64,000 nucleotides of DNA from positions 5,725 to 69,724 of the IMG/VR virus record IMGVR_UViG_3300044960_000476; one strand, given 5' to 3'. The notes beneath the pieces are model-generated. The model searched no databases. It saw only the letters and a program-made list of their open reading frames with translations, and was not told where the DNA came from. Shown here one piece after another: positions 14,415 through 23,636 of the stretch; positions within the stretch are counted from its first letter, which is position 1, and each line of letters starts with the position of its first letter. The translations under genes and the position numbers were made by a program. Source of the stretch: a virus.

Positions 14415-15102
14415 AAAAGTCGAACAAGTGCTCCGCTACATTGACAAAACGTTGAAAAAGAAAAACATACCTTACAGGAGCATAATACTGTTTGGCGGTG
14501 CAGCAGCTTATCTGGCTGGCGCAACACAGCGCCAGCCAGACAACATAAATGTCGCCATTTGCACTCATCCAGCACGCCACGACAGCGTTTTATTGGCTTT
14601 GAAAGTAAAAGACTTGCCAATGGCTAAAGCCCATAAAATTCACCGAAAAATAGACATAGACGGCACGGAAGTACGGCTCGAAATAAGCTCGGCATGGCAC
14701 CACAGTACAAAGGCTGCCCACCGCCATGCTGAACATATTTGTTCATTGGTAGACGTGCCGCAACACAGGGTAGTCTATCATTGGGACGGTAGACTAACCG
14801 GTCCAGAATATTACTACTACGCTCCTTATTGGAGCAAAGAAAGCATGACGCAAACTAAGGCCGGTATTAATACCGATACATTGCGTATTGCTAAATTCAA
14901 GAGAGAAAACTATGCCATGTCTGACGACATAGCTATGTTTGCGTTGTTGGGAGAATTGGGCATTCTTGTTGACCTGTGGGTCAGCGAAATGCATATTCTG
15001 ACAACGTATGGCTTTATTGAATGGGACGAAATAACTGACTTTGTGCTCAAAGTAGCCATGATGCACAAAGGAGCACAAAATGAACAGGAAAACAATAGTT
15101 AA
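14404..15102 (+). CDS. Nucleotidyltransferase-like paralog 3, DxD replaced by NxN
   Basis: LFGGAAAYLAG...PDNINVAI...VDVPQHRV. Confidence 0.75.
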   Translation: MMRKKVEQVLRYIDKTLKKKNIPYRSIILFGGAAAYLAGATQRQPDNINVAICTHPARHDSVLLALKVKDLPMAKAHKIHRKIDIDGTEVRLEISSAWHHSTKAAHRHAEHICSLVDVPQHRVVYHWDGRLTGPEYYYYAPYWSKESMTQTKAGINTDTLRIAKFKRENYAMSDDIAMFALLGELGILVDLWVSEMHILTTYGFIEWDEITDFVLKVAMMHKGAQNEQENNS

Positions 15103-15760
15103 CGTATTGCACGCAATAGACGATAAGCTATACGCGTTATACCCAAAACGCTATGCTAGCATGCTGCTCTATGGTGGTGCTGCAGCTTGGTTGGCGGGCG
15201 TGACCAAGCGCCCGCCAACCAACATTAACGTGGCAATTAGCGCCGCGCCTTCATACATTGAGCCCATTTTGAAGGCATTGGGCTTGGAGCAAAACGCCAA
15301 ATTTTACCCACACCAGAGTAAAGCACGTATTCAAATTGACGGCATTGACGTGCTCATGTACATTAGCTCGCCCTGGTATTACCACCAAGACGTTGCTAAG
15401 CGTCATGCTATGCACGTCTGCTCTCTTTTCGACGTACCACAACACCGGGTAGTAATGCATTACCAAAACGGACTAAGTGAGCCGGTTTATTGTGGTTGGG
15501 CGGACACTTGGTCTAGAGAAACCATGTGTAACAGTTACTTGGACGTTTGCACCAATACCATGCGTATTTACAAATTCCTGCAGGCGGGTTATTCCATGTC
15601 TAGCGAAATAGCATTGCTTGGTACATTAGGCTCCCTCGGCATTTCAAAAAACATATGGGCTAACCAACACGGCATTACAGTATCGGACGACTGGATAGGC
15701 TGGAATGAGTTGCCAACGTTTGTATGCCAAGTAGCAATGTCGACAGACACAAGTCAATAA
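15080..15760 (+). CDS. Nucleotidyltransferase-like paralog 4, DxD replaced by NxN
   Basis: LYGGAAAWLAG...PTNINVAI...FDVPQHRV...RIYKFLQAGY. Confidence 0.75.
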   Translation: MNRKTIVNVLHAIDDKLYALYPKRYASMLLYGGAAAWLAGVTKRPPTNINVAISAAPSYIEPILKALGLEQNAKFYPHQSKARIQIDGIDVLMYISSPWYYHQDVAKRHAMHVCSLFDVPQHRVVMHYQNGLSEPVYCGWADTWSRETMCNSYLDVCTNTMRIYKFLQAGYSMSSEIALLGTLGSLGISKNIWANQHGITVSDDWIGWNELPTFVCQVAMSTDTSQ

Positions 15761-15769
15761 GCCGAATGG

Positions 15770-15795
15770 GCGCCTCCGGCGCCTCTCTGACGGGG
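15770..15795 (+). promoter_or_regulatory. Hairpin motif copy between the two paralog arrays
   Basis: GGCGCC-TCC-GGCGCC TCTCTGACGGGG. Confidence 0.6.
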
Positions 15796-15802
15796 TGAAA
15801 AC

Positions 15803-16237
15803 ATGTACAAGCTAGTAAAGTCACTACCTGTGGCGACAGAAATGCCAAGTAAAGACGAATTGCTTCATCAAAGGCGTAAACTCTTTTACTTGGTAGAGGC
15901 CACGCATAAACTGGTCAAACACTTGGCGGGCGACATCGGTAAGCCCCGTACATGGTCTGTGTACTTTACGCGGGAAACACAGCTGGAAAAAATGTTTTAC
16001 GTCAGTTACAGCTACCACATTCCCACCAACCCATACGAACAGCTAATTATTGCCTCGGCTATAACTGACGCTTTTGAATTACCGCGTGGAGTAAACCCGG
16101 CTCTAGGAAAGAAGTGGAAGCGTAACATTCGCTTTTACGTACCATGCACAACTGACGAAGGCGTGCAGACAATAGTAGAAGCAACAAGAAAGTTGGAGGA
16201 GCAGCTATGGGCGTTAAACCAAGAATTGAACAGCTGA
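15803..16237 (+). CDS. Paralog family B copy 1, unknown function
   Basis: MYKLVKSLPV...SAITDAFEL...FYVPCTTDEG. Confidence 0.75.
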   Translation: MYKLVKSLPVATEMPSKDELLHQRRKLFYLVEATHKLVKHLAGDIGKPRTWSVYFTRETQLEKMFYVSYSYHIPTNPYEQLIIASAITDAFELPRGVNPALGKKWKRNIRFYVPCTTDEGVQTIVEATRKLEEQLWALNQELNS

Positions 16238-16509
16238 TGCAGGAAGCAAAAAGCAGAGGGGCTCGGCTGTATGCCGAGCTAAATGCTTTCCTAGGCACCA
16301 CAACTCCAGGACACCAAGAAATAAGCATAAAAATATTGCCCGATAAAACTGCTGTATACTATTGTCTGTATTTGGTCAAACCAGAAGCGTACTTCGTAAT
16401 ATACGCCATGTCTTTGTTTGACCATGAATTCGGCATTGTGCCTGATGCGGAGAAAATTGGCGAGAATGTACTTCTGTCGGGCTTAGTAGGGTGGGTTAAA
16501 CATGATTAG
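16207..16509 (+). CDS. Hypothetical protein
   Basis: Fills the operon with overlaps at both ends; GGAGGAG RBS. Confidence 0.6.
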   Translation: MGVKPRIEQLMQEAKSRGARLYAELNAFLGTTTPGHQEISIKILPDKTAVYYCLYLVKPEAYFVIYAMSLFDHEFGIVPDAEKIGENVLLSGLVGWVKHD

Positions 16510-16915
16510 AGAAACGTTCAGTAAACTACCTGTCCGCAAACGCCGCCCGCCTATGAGTTTTGTAGAAGAGCAGTACAAACACTTGAACCAAGTTATTAAC
16601 GAAGCGCTTACTATTCACGAACGTAATTGTCCTAGCCAATACCATTGCGTGCACTACATTTACCAAATGAAGGAGCCTCATGAGTTTTATTTTCGAATTG
16701 ACGTGGAAAGTGACGCTTACGACGACGAATTCTCCATTTTAGCAACCAAAGCGTCTTTAACTGAAATATTCGGGCTGGAAAGTCCGCCAGTCTTTATGCA
16801 AACTGCTGTGGCTAGCACCTTGCGTTTTACCCTTTACGCTCCAATTACCACCAAAAAGGGCTTGAGAATGCTCAACAGCTTAAGAAATAAGCTAAAGGCG
16901 GGTAAACATGATTAA
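16502..16915 (+). CDS. Paralog family B copy 2
   Basis: SKLPVRK...ASLTEIFGLESPP...LYAPITTKKG. Confidence 0.8.
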   Translation: MIRETFSKLPVRKRRPPMSFVEEQYKHLNQVINEALTIHERNCPSQYHCVHYIYQMKEPHEFYFRIDVESDAYDDEFSILATKASLTEIFGLESPPVFMQTAVASTLRFTLYAPITTKKGLRMLNSLRNKLKAGKHD

Positions 16916-17351
16916 GAAGCTGCTTGATGACTTGCCTGTGCGCAAAGGCAAGTCAACAAAGAAATTTTTAGAAGAGGAGTATTATTACCTCAACCAACTC
17001 ATATACTTGGCGCTTATTCTCCACGAGTTCAAATGCAATGCCAAATTCTACCCCTTTTTCTCTATTTTCAAGGTGGGAGCGTCCAACGAATGTTACTTTG
17101 GAATTGACGTCCAAAGCGTTGTCCCTGACGAAGAATTCTTTATGCTACACAGTCAAGCATCGCTAATGGAAATATTTGGCTTAGAAAGCGCCCCAACGGT
17201 ATTTACTAATAAACTTCGTCGTATTTCACGTTTTCTTATTTACGCCCCACTTACTACCCAAAGGGGCTTAACCATGCTTCACGACATGATAAATAAACTG
17301 CAAAAGGAGGTAAAACATGTACAAGCTGCTGCAAAAGCTACCGATAAATAA
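16908..17351 (+). CDS. Paralog family B copy 3
   Basis: DDLPVRK...ASLMEIFGLESAP...IYAPLTTQRG. Confidence 0.8.
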   Translation: MIKKLLDDLPVRKGKSTKKFLEEEYYYLNQLIYLALILHEFKCNAKFYPFFSIFKVGASNECYFGIDVQSVVPDEEFFMLHSQASLMEIFGLESAPTVFTNKLRRISRFLIYAPLTTQRGLTMLHDMINKLQKEVKHVQAAAKATDK

Positions 17352-17727
17352 CCGCTACACGTGGATGGACGTAATGGACCAAAAGAACATTATGTCCGCG
17401 TTAATGCTGCTCCACCATGACTTAATTGTCGCTAGAGTTGGACGGTTGGGTAGGCCGCGCGACTACTTTATTCGTAGAAGCAGCAGCGCAAAAGTTCATG
17501 AGAGGTTCTTTTGGCTAACCTACCGCTTTGCAACGCCAAAGAATGAGTTTGACGTCCTTCAAATGCAAAGCGCGCTGGTAGAAGTGTTTGAGTTGCCAAA
17601 AGTACCTAAAATGGGTAAAGGCTATTACTCAACCATTGGCTTCTATGCGCCCATAACGACAGAAGAAGGGAGAAAACAGTTAGAGGAATACAAATGGTGG
17701 CTAACAAGCAAGCTAGCAAACGGCTAA
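17317..17727 (+). CDS. Paralog family B copy 4
   Basis: MYKLLQKLPI...SALVEVFEL...FYAPITTEEG; AGGAGGT RBS. Confidence 0.8.
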   Translation: MYKLLQKLPINNRYTWMDVMDQKNIMSALMLLHHDLIVARVGRLGRPRDYFIRRSSSAKVHERFFWLTYRFATPKNEFDVLQMQSALVEVFELPKVPKMGKGYYSTIGFYAPITTEEGRKQLEEYKWWLTSKLANG

Positions 17728-17810
17728 AGGGGTGAAAAATGTAAACAAAGTGCAGTAGTGTAGTAAAGTCGGCCAATCGGCAACAAGCTTTAATTTAAAG
17801 GAGGAATGTT

Positions 17811-18824
17811 ATGAACTGGAACCAGGCTCTTAAAGTGCTTAAGGCTAACTTGGAAGCTCAGGCTAATGGGCTGAAGACGGCGGCTATGTTGTGGGGGCCG
17901 CCTGGCGTTGGGAAGAGCGACATGGTGTTGGCTGCTGCTGAATTGCTCAGCAAGCCGCTTCCTGTCGAGGAAATTCGTTTGTCCACTCTTTCCAACGTCG
18001 ACGTGCGTGGGTTGCCTTACCGCGACGGCGACACCGTTAAGTTCAGCAAGCCCATTTTTGTGCGTGACGAGCCTACTCTCTACTTCTTTGATGAGGTAAA
18101 TACCGCCCCGCCTTCTAACCAAGTCGTGGCTTACGAAATTGCGCTCAACCACCGTATTGGCGGCCATAAGTTGGCACCGGGTAGTGTCGTCGTCATGGCG
18201 GGTAACCGTAGTGTTGACAAGGGCGCTACCTTTGCTATGCCTGTCCCGCTTCGCAACCGTATGCAACACATTACGGTGGAGCCGGACGTTGACACCACTT
18301 TCAAGTATGGGCTTGAAAGGGGTTGGGACAGCAACCTTCTTGCTTTCCTGAAGTTTAAGCCCTCTCTGCTGTTCCAGCCGCCTGCTGGTGACCAAGAAGC
18401 TTTCCCTACTCCGCGTAGTTGGGCTTTCGTCAATGCTATTCTCAACTACGACGACAGCTTGGCTAGCTTGGCGGGCTTTGTGGGCGAAGGCGCAGCTAGC
18501 GAATTCTTGGCTTTCCGTCGTTTGGCTCAAGAATTGCCCAACCTGGACAACGTGCTTAAGACTGGACAGCCCTTTGTCAGCGAAAAGCTCGACGTCATGT
18601 ATGCTTACGTAGTCGGGCTGTCGCAACGTGTGCTCTCCCGCAAGGCTGACAAGGACACGCTTCTCACTTACTCCAAGCTTCTTCAGGCTTTGGGCAAGAC
18701 TCATCCCGAGCTTGTTCCTATTGCCATTCTTGCGCTCGGGAATACCAAGCACCAACAAGTAGCCATTACCCTTCCCGAATACCGCGAGCTGTTCAAGCTT
18801 GTTAATGGTGCCATGAACGTTTAA
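17811..18824 (+). CDS. MoxR-family AAA+ ATPase
   Basis: WGPPGVGKS, FFDEVNTA, MAGNR, PLRNR, FPTPRSW. Confidence 0.93.
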   Translation: MNWNQALKVLKANLEAQANGLKTAAMLWGPPGVGKSDMVLAAAELLSKPLPVEEIRLSTLSNVDVRGLPYRDGDTVKFSKPIFVRDEPTLYFFDEVNTAPPSNQVVAYEIALNHRIGGHKLAPGSVVVMAGNRSVDKGATFAMPVPLRNRMQHITVEPDVDTTFKYGLERGWDSNLLAFLKFKPSLLFQPPAGDQEAFPTPRSWAFVNAILNYDDSLASLAGFVGEGAASEFLAFRRLAQELPNLDNVLKTGQPFVSEKLDVMYAYVVGLSQRVLSRKADKDTLLTYSKLLQALGKTHPELVPIAILALGNTKHQQVAITLPEYRELFKLVNGAMNV

Positions 18825-18834
18825 GGGGGTAACC

Positions 18835-19983
18835 ATGCTTAGTTTCGCTAATAAGCTCCGCCGGGCTCGAACGAGCCTGGCGGTGCATGAGCCGTTTCTC
18901 GCGCATCTGTCGTTTCACACGCCGGTGTATGAGTCAACAGACGGCGACACGGCTTGGACTGACGGTAAGTCGGTGTGGTTTAACCCAAAGTTTGCGGAGC
19001 AGCTTACTCCAGCCGAATTTACGTTTGTCTACGCCCACGAGTTGCTTCACAAGGCATTTCTACACGTAGCACGCCTTAAAGAAAGAAAGCACCTTATTTG
19101 GAACATGGCAACCGACTATGTTATCAACGACATACTGCAGGACCAAGCTAATGCGTTCGTTGGTAACAGTCCGTTCATGAGTGCGCCTCAAGGCGTGCTG
19201 CTCGACAGCAGGTTCAAAAACATGACTGCTGAGCAGGTTTATGACTTGCTCATGCAGGAAGCTGAAGAGCATTTGAAGCAAATTGGCATCAACGCTAACG
19301 ACTTGCGTCCGGGTAAGGACGGCATGGGCGGCCTAAGCGATGCTGAAATGGCCGAAATTAAGCAGCAGGTTGCTTCGGCTGCTCAGTCTGCTAAAATGCA
19401 GGGTAAGTTGCCTATTGGTGTAGCCCGCCTTGTTGACCAGCTTCTTTACCCCACCCGCGACTGGCGTAACGAACTGCTTGCGTTTGTGCAGCAGTTTCCT
19501 GCTGACTACGGTTATTCCCCACCCGACCGCCGTTTTACCGACGGCGAGTTTTTCTTGCCCGCTTTGCAGGGTGAGAAAATTGAAATTTGGGTAGCCATTG
19601 ACACTTCGGGTTCAATTGACAAGAAAACTCTAACGCGCTTTGTTAGCGAAGTGCAGGGTATTTTGTCAGGTTTTGACTTCGTGCATGGTAAACTAATTAC
19701 GTGTGACGCTCAGGTGCATGAAGTCGTCGACTTTGCATCTAGCGACGGCATGGCTAACGTGTTTAACAAGCTTCAATTAAAGGGTGGTGGTGGTACTGCT
19801 TTCCATCCCGTTTGGGAAATTGACGGAGAGCGCCCTGCAGCCTGTATTTACTTTACTGACGGCTACGGTGACTTTGGTAATGAGCCACCTTTCCCTGTGT
19901 TGTGGGCTGTCATCGAAAACGGGCTTCCTCTGGACAAGTTTCCTTACGGTAAGGCTATTAGCGTGGCTTTAGAGCACTTGTGA
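18835..19983 (+). CDS. DUF2201-type metallopeptidase plus VWA protein (MoxR partner)
   Basis: TAWTDG, HELLH, WNMATDYVIN, MIDAS DTSGS, GGGGT, FTDG. Confidence 0.9.
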   Translation: MLSFANKLRRARTSLAVHEPFLAHLSFHTPVYESTDGDTAWTDGKSVWFNPKFAEQLTPAEFTFVYAHELLHKAFLHVARLKERKHLIWNMATDYVINDILQDQANAFVGNSPFMSAPQGVLLDSRFKNMTAEQVYDLLMQEAEEHLKQIGINANDLRPGKDGMGGLSDAEMAEIKQQVASAAQSAKMQGKLPIGVARLVDQLLYPTRDWRNELLAFVQQFPADYGYSPPDRRFTDGEFFLPALQGEKIEIWVAIDTSGSIDKKTLTRFVSEVQGILSGFDFVHGKLITCDAQVHEVVDFASSDGMANVFNKLQLKGGGGTAFHPVWEIDGERPAACIYFTDGYGDFGNEPPFPVLWAVIENGLPLDKFPYGKAISVALEHL

Positions 19984-20027
19984 ACAAGTGGGCCGCCCCG
20001 TAAAGGGCGGCCCTAACTTGGAGGAGT

Positions 20028-20762
20028 ATGAATAAGTTCATCAAATGGATAAACGAACTAATTAACCCAAGAAACCCAAACGGGCTTTATCCTTGGTTGT
20101 ACGAAACCCGGCGTTACCACACACTACAAAAGTTTGGTAGACACCTGTTTTACACCCTCGACAGCTTGGGCACCTTTGAGTTACTGGAAAATAAATACTT
20201 GGTTTATTACAACCATAGTGCTCAAGCCGTTGTTGTAGAAGACGAGGTGTTCATTCGCAGGGTTGCTAGTTACCAAAGCTCGGTAGCTAACTTGTACAAT
20301 GGGTATTTACAGTACGACACAGGTTACGAAGACTATTTCCGTAACCTACCAAAAGATGAGTACAAGAAAAACAGGCTTATTCTCTTCGAGCGTCAAATAC
20401 ATGATGCTGACTTAGCCGCTCAATGGTATGGCTACCCGTCAAAAGACAGGCAATTAATTGCCCTTGAAACTTACGCCACCAAGGGTGCAATTTTCCCGGC
20501 GCGCTATGGCGAAATGCTAAGCAACATGGCATTTCACGGAAAATATTTGTTGCGGTACAATTACAACTTGTACAGCATAAGCGAAGACGGAGAAGTTTTC
20601 AAAGTTGGCGAATTGCCCGACTATCGGGGTTTGGTTAACTTGGACATGCGAAACCCCGAAAACTTCTGTGCCTGGTATATTGCTCGCTACAACAGGCTGC
20701 ACTTACCGAAGAATATTGACATTTTGTTTACCAAAAGCTTGGTAAAAGTTTTAGGAGGCTAA
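20028..20762 (+). CDS. Hypothetical protein
   Basis: GGAGGAG RBS, 244 aa, Tyr-rich. Confidence 0.8.
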   Translation: MNKFIKWINELINPRNPNGLYPWLYETRRYHTLQKFGRHLFYTLDSLGTFELLENKYLVYYNHSAQAVVVEDEVFIRRVASYQSSVANLYNGYLQYDTGYEDYFRNLPKDEYKKNRLILFERQIHDADLAAQWYGYPSKDRQLIALETYATKGAIFPARYGEMLSNMAFHGKYLLRYNYNLYSISEDGEVFKVGELPDYRGLVNLDMRNPENFCAWYIARYNRLHLPKNIDILFTKSLVKVLGG

Positions 20763-20763
20763 C

Positions 20764-21465
20764 ATGTTGTTCGAAGCAGCCCAAGAGTTTGTTTCAAAGC
20801 TTGACCCATTCAACCCAATTTACGCCCTACAGGAAAAGCAATTCTTCATTCCCTACAGAATTGTCGGACAAGAAGACGACCATACTTTTGCTTTAATTGG
20901 CGGTAGCTTTTTTATTAACAAGTCGGAAAAGAATTGCTATTCGTTTGAGTTAATGGGCAAGGCGCGGCATTATTACATGCGGCCAGAAAGATTAGAGGTT
21001 GTTACTTCATGCAAGCCATACGCGTTTGTAGTAAGCAACAGGACTTATTGGCTCAGTGAAGTTTTGCCTGAAGGTTATGCTGCGACATACCTTTCTGTCA
21101 ACAAACTGTTCATTCCCGTTGATGCATTCAAAACCGGTCAAAAGCAAGTTATTAGCAGTAAAATAGAGGGGGTGCTTGACGTCTACCCGCTTTACCTTGT
21201 CGACAACATTTTTGTCAGGGCTGACGACTTGAAAGTTGTGCCCGAAAAGCCGTCGGCGTTCATTCTTAGTCGCGGCACTGTTGCGGTTGTATTTGCCCAA
21301 AATGACGTTTTATTTACTTACAGAAGTAACTGCTTGCTTTTGGACGTCTTAGTTGCATTCAACCAGAGAAATTTGAACACGCATTCTATTCTCACCAATT
21401 CAGCTTGGTGGAAACGTGAAATGAAGCGCTTGGCTAAAAGACACCCCGACAAGGTGAAAGTATGA
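20764..21465 (+). CDS. Hypothetical protein
   Basis: AGGAGG RBS, 233 aa. Confidence 0.8.
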   Translation: MLFEAAQEFVSKLDPFNPIYALQEKQFFIPYRIVGQEDDHTFALIGGSFFINKSEKNCYSFELMGKARHYYMRPERLEVVTSCKPYAFVVSNRTYWLSEVLPEGYAATYLSVNKLFIPVDAFKTGQKQVISSKIEGVLDVYPLYLVDNIFVRADDLKVVPEKPSAFILSRGTVAVVFAQNDVLFTYRSNCLLLDVLVAFNQRNLNTHSILTNSAWWKREMKRLAKRHPDKVKV

Positions 21466-21653
21466 GCAAACTATACTTGGTTATGTTGGCCTATGAGCCG
21501 GAAAAAGCTTTTGAAGCAGTCGACGGGCAACTTAAGGTAAAGTGGGCCGACAAAGAAACGGTTAAGGTTTTATTCGCGTACACCAATTACCTTGATGCTC
21601 TGGAACACGCAAAAGACCCGGATAAAATTCTTGAGCTTGAGTTTGTGGTATAA
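21462..21653 (+). CDS. Hypothetical protein
   Basis: ATGA overlap, AAGGTG RBS. Confidence 0.65.
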   Translation: MSKLYLVMLAYEPEKAFEAVDGQLKVKWADKETVKVLFAYTNYLDALEHAKDPDKILELEFVV

Positions 21654-21654
21654 T
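21644..21654 (+). promoter_or_regulatory. Extended -10 promoter for the replication operon
   Basis: TGTGGTATAAT 25 nt before ATG 21679. Confidence 0.7.
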
Positions 21655-21678
21655 AGGGAGAGCTATAGGAGGCAAAAC

Positions 21679-22461
21679 ATGAGTAACTTGAGAATTTGGA
21701 ACAAGGTAAAGCAACCAGACGTGCGCTATGTCAAGGACTTTCAGCGTAAGGGCGGTTTTAGCGGTAAGGCCATTAATGCCGCTTATAACCACCTTCAGGC
21801 GACTGAAATGTTCGGTCCTATGGGTATCGGTTGGGGCGTCGACATTATTGACGAACAATATGTCGAGGGCGCGACTATTTACCTTAAGGACGACAAGGGC
21901 AAAATTGTCCTAGTAGACGGACGCCCTGTGCCTCTAGGCGAAGAAATTGTACATGTGGTACGTATTCGCCTTTGGTATATTGACCCGGAAACTGGTCAAC
22001 GTGGCGAAGTCTACAACTACGGACAAACTTACTTTGTCGAGGACACTCGAAACGGTCCTAAAACTGACGAAGAAGCCCCCAAGAAAAGTCTGACTGATGC
22101 TGTAAGCAAGGCTCTTTCAAACTTGGGCTTCAACGCAGAAATTCACCTTGGCTTGTGGGACGACAATAAATATGTCGCTCAAGTAAGGGCCGAGCAAGCC
22201 AAAGTGCGGGAAGATGAAAAGGCTCCTGTAAAAGAAGTTGAGCCTAAGCCTCAAGAGCCTACCCCGCCCGCTAAGCAAGAAGGCGGCATTGAATTTGCTG
22301 AGCTTGCGGCTCAATACGAGAAGCTTTCGCCTTCTTTGCGCAATATTGTAGCCGTTAAATTCGCTCAAATTGCGCAAAAGTATGGGGCCAAGAAGCTCAA
22401 AGAAGCTACTCCCGAGGCTTGGGCTGAAGCCATGCAAGTATTGAAGGAGCTTGCGCCTTGA
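21679..22461 (+). CDS. Rad52/Sak-like single-strand annealing protein
   Basis: TEMFGPMGIGWG...DEEAPKKSLTDAVSKALSNLGF...WDDNKY; AGGAGG RBS before ATG 21679. Confidence 0.7.
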   Translation: MSNLRIWNKVKQPDVRYVKDFQRKGGFSGKAINAAYNHLQATEMFGPMGIGWGVDIIDEQYVEGATIYLKDDKGKIVLVDGRPVPLGEEIVHVVRIRLWYIDPETGQRGEVYNYGQTYFVEDTRNGPKTDEEAPKKSLTDAVSKALSNLGFNAEIHLGLWDDNKYVAQVRAEQAKVREDEKAPVKEVEPKPQEPTPPAKQEGGIEFAELAAQYEKLSPSLRNIVAVKFAQIAQKYGAKKLKEATPEAWAEAMQVLKELAP

Positions 22462-23636
22462 CAGTAGATAAGCTTACGCTAGAGTTTTTAGCGTCAGCTA
22501 TGGTTTCAGGCGCTCAAGGAGAGAAACTTATTCGGCTTCTTCCGCTTCGGTATATAAGCAATGAGCGCATTCGCCGCATGGTTGAACGCGTACAAGACGG
22601 TCAACCGCTGTCGGCGCATGAGCTTTTGCTTATTCAAGAAGCAAAAGCCAATGCCGGTTACTTAGAGCGCCCGGAATTATATCTTGACGCTTTACTGTCG
22701 GAAGGCTTTGCTCAAGAAGTGCGTCAGCACGCCTCGGAAATTCAACAAGCGGTGCAGGAAAACAATTTAGCCTTGGTAAGGGACTTACTTTCCAAGCCAC
22801 CACTCGAAATGCGACGTGATGACGAAACCGACTTGGGCGCTGTACTTGAGTCGTTAGAAACTAACGACTTACAAGTCATTAGCCTTGGCAAAAACCTTGA
22901 AGGCATTGAAAACATTTGGGGGCCTTTGTTGCCTGGTGGCGTGTATACCATTGCTGCACCGGAGGGTAGCGGTAAGAGTGCTTTAGCTGAGCAAATAATG
23001 CTCAACGCAGCTACAGCTGGTGTTAGCTGTGTAGACTTTTCTATTGAGCTTTCAAGCGAGGCTAGGGCTTTAAGGTATGCACAACACCTTTATGGCCCTT
23101 CTGTAGGCCCTATGGCCTTTTATAACCGGCTTAGAAACCCACGAGGCTTTAATGAAGCGGACTCGGCCAAAGCAAAGCAAGCTTTAAGCGGTTTGCCTTT
23201 GTATGTGGAGAGTGGTGTAGAAAACATACATCACCTTCTCTCCCTCGCCGACCGCTATATTAGTCGACGCAATGCAAAGTTGTTTACCGTCGACTTCATT
23301 CAAGCCATGAGTGGCGAGCGCGGTCAAGAAGACCCGTACACGGTTATTACGCAAGCCATGAAGTTGCTTTACACCTTTGCACGGGACAACCAAGTTACAT
23401 TCCTTGTGTTGTCGCAAATGAACCGTGAAGGCGTAAAAGCAGCAATGGAAGGCAAAGCGCTCAATAACACGGCACTAGAAGGTAGCGGTAAAATAGGCCA
23501 ATTCTCTTGGGTAGTAAGCTTCATCATCAAAAACGAAGTCGGCGCTACTATGCATACCACCAAGAACCGTCCTACAGGTATGCTAGGGCAAATACCTTTG
23601 CGCTATAATGGAGCTTACTTGAGTTTTCACACATGA
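22458..23636 (+). CDS. DnaB-like (SF4) replicative helicase
   Basis: AAPEGSGKS, FSIELS, VDFIQ, LSQMNRE, LEGSGKI, KNR. Confidence 0.9.
   Translation: MTVDKLTLEFLASAMVSGAQGEKLIRLLPLRYISNERIRRMVERVQDGQPLSAHELLLIQEAKANAGYLERPELYLDALLSEGFAQEVRQHASEIQQAVQENNLALVRDLLSKPPLEMRRDDETDLGAVLESLETNDLQVISLGKNLEGIENIWGPLLPGGVYTIAAPEGSGKSALAEQIMLNAATAGVSCVDFSIELSSEARALRYAQHLYGPSVGPMAFYNRLRNPRGFNEADSAKAKQALSGLPLYVESGVENIHHLLSLADRYISRRNAKLFTVDFIQAMSGERGQEDPYTVITQAMKLLYTFARDNQVTFLVLSQMNREGVKAAMEGKALNNTALEGSGKIGQFSWVVSFIIKNEVGATMHTTKNRPTGMLGQIPLRYNGAYLSFHT

Noticed and set aside
6596-15795. Repeated GCGCCTCCGGCGCC motif as a CRISPR or mini-array
   Set aside because: Repeats are short, degenerate, irregularly spaced and separated by genes; there are no uniform spacers.
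17790-18836. 348-aa minus-strand ORF
   Set aside because: Antisense shadow of the MoxR ATPase; no motifs.
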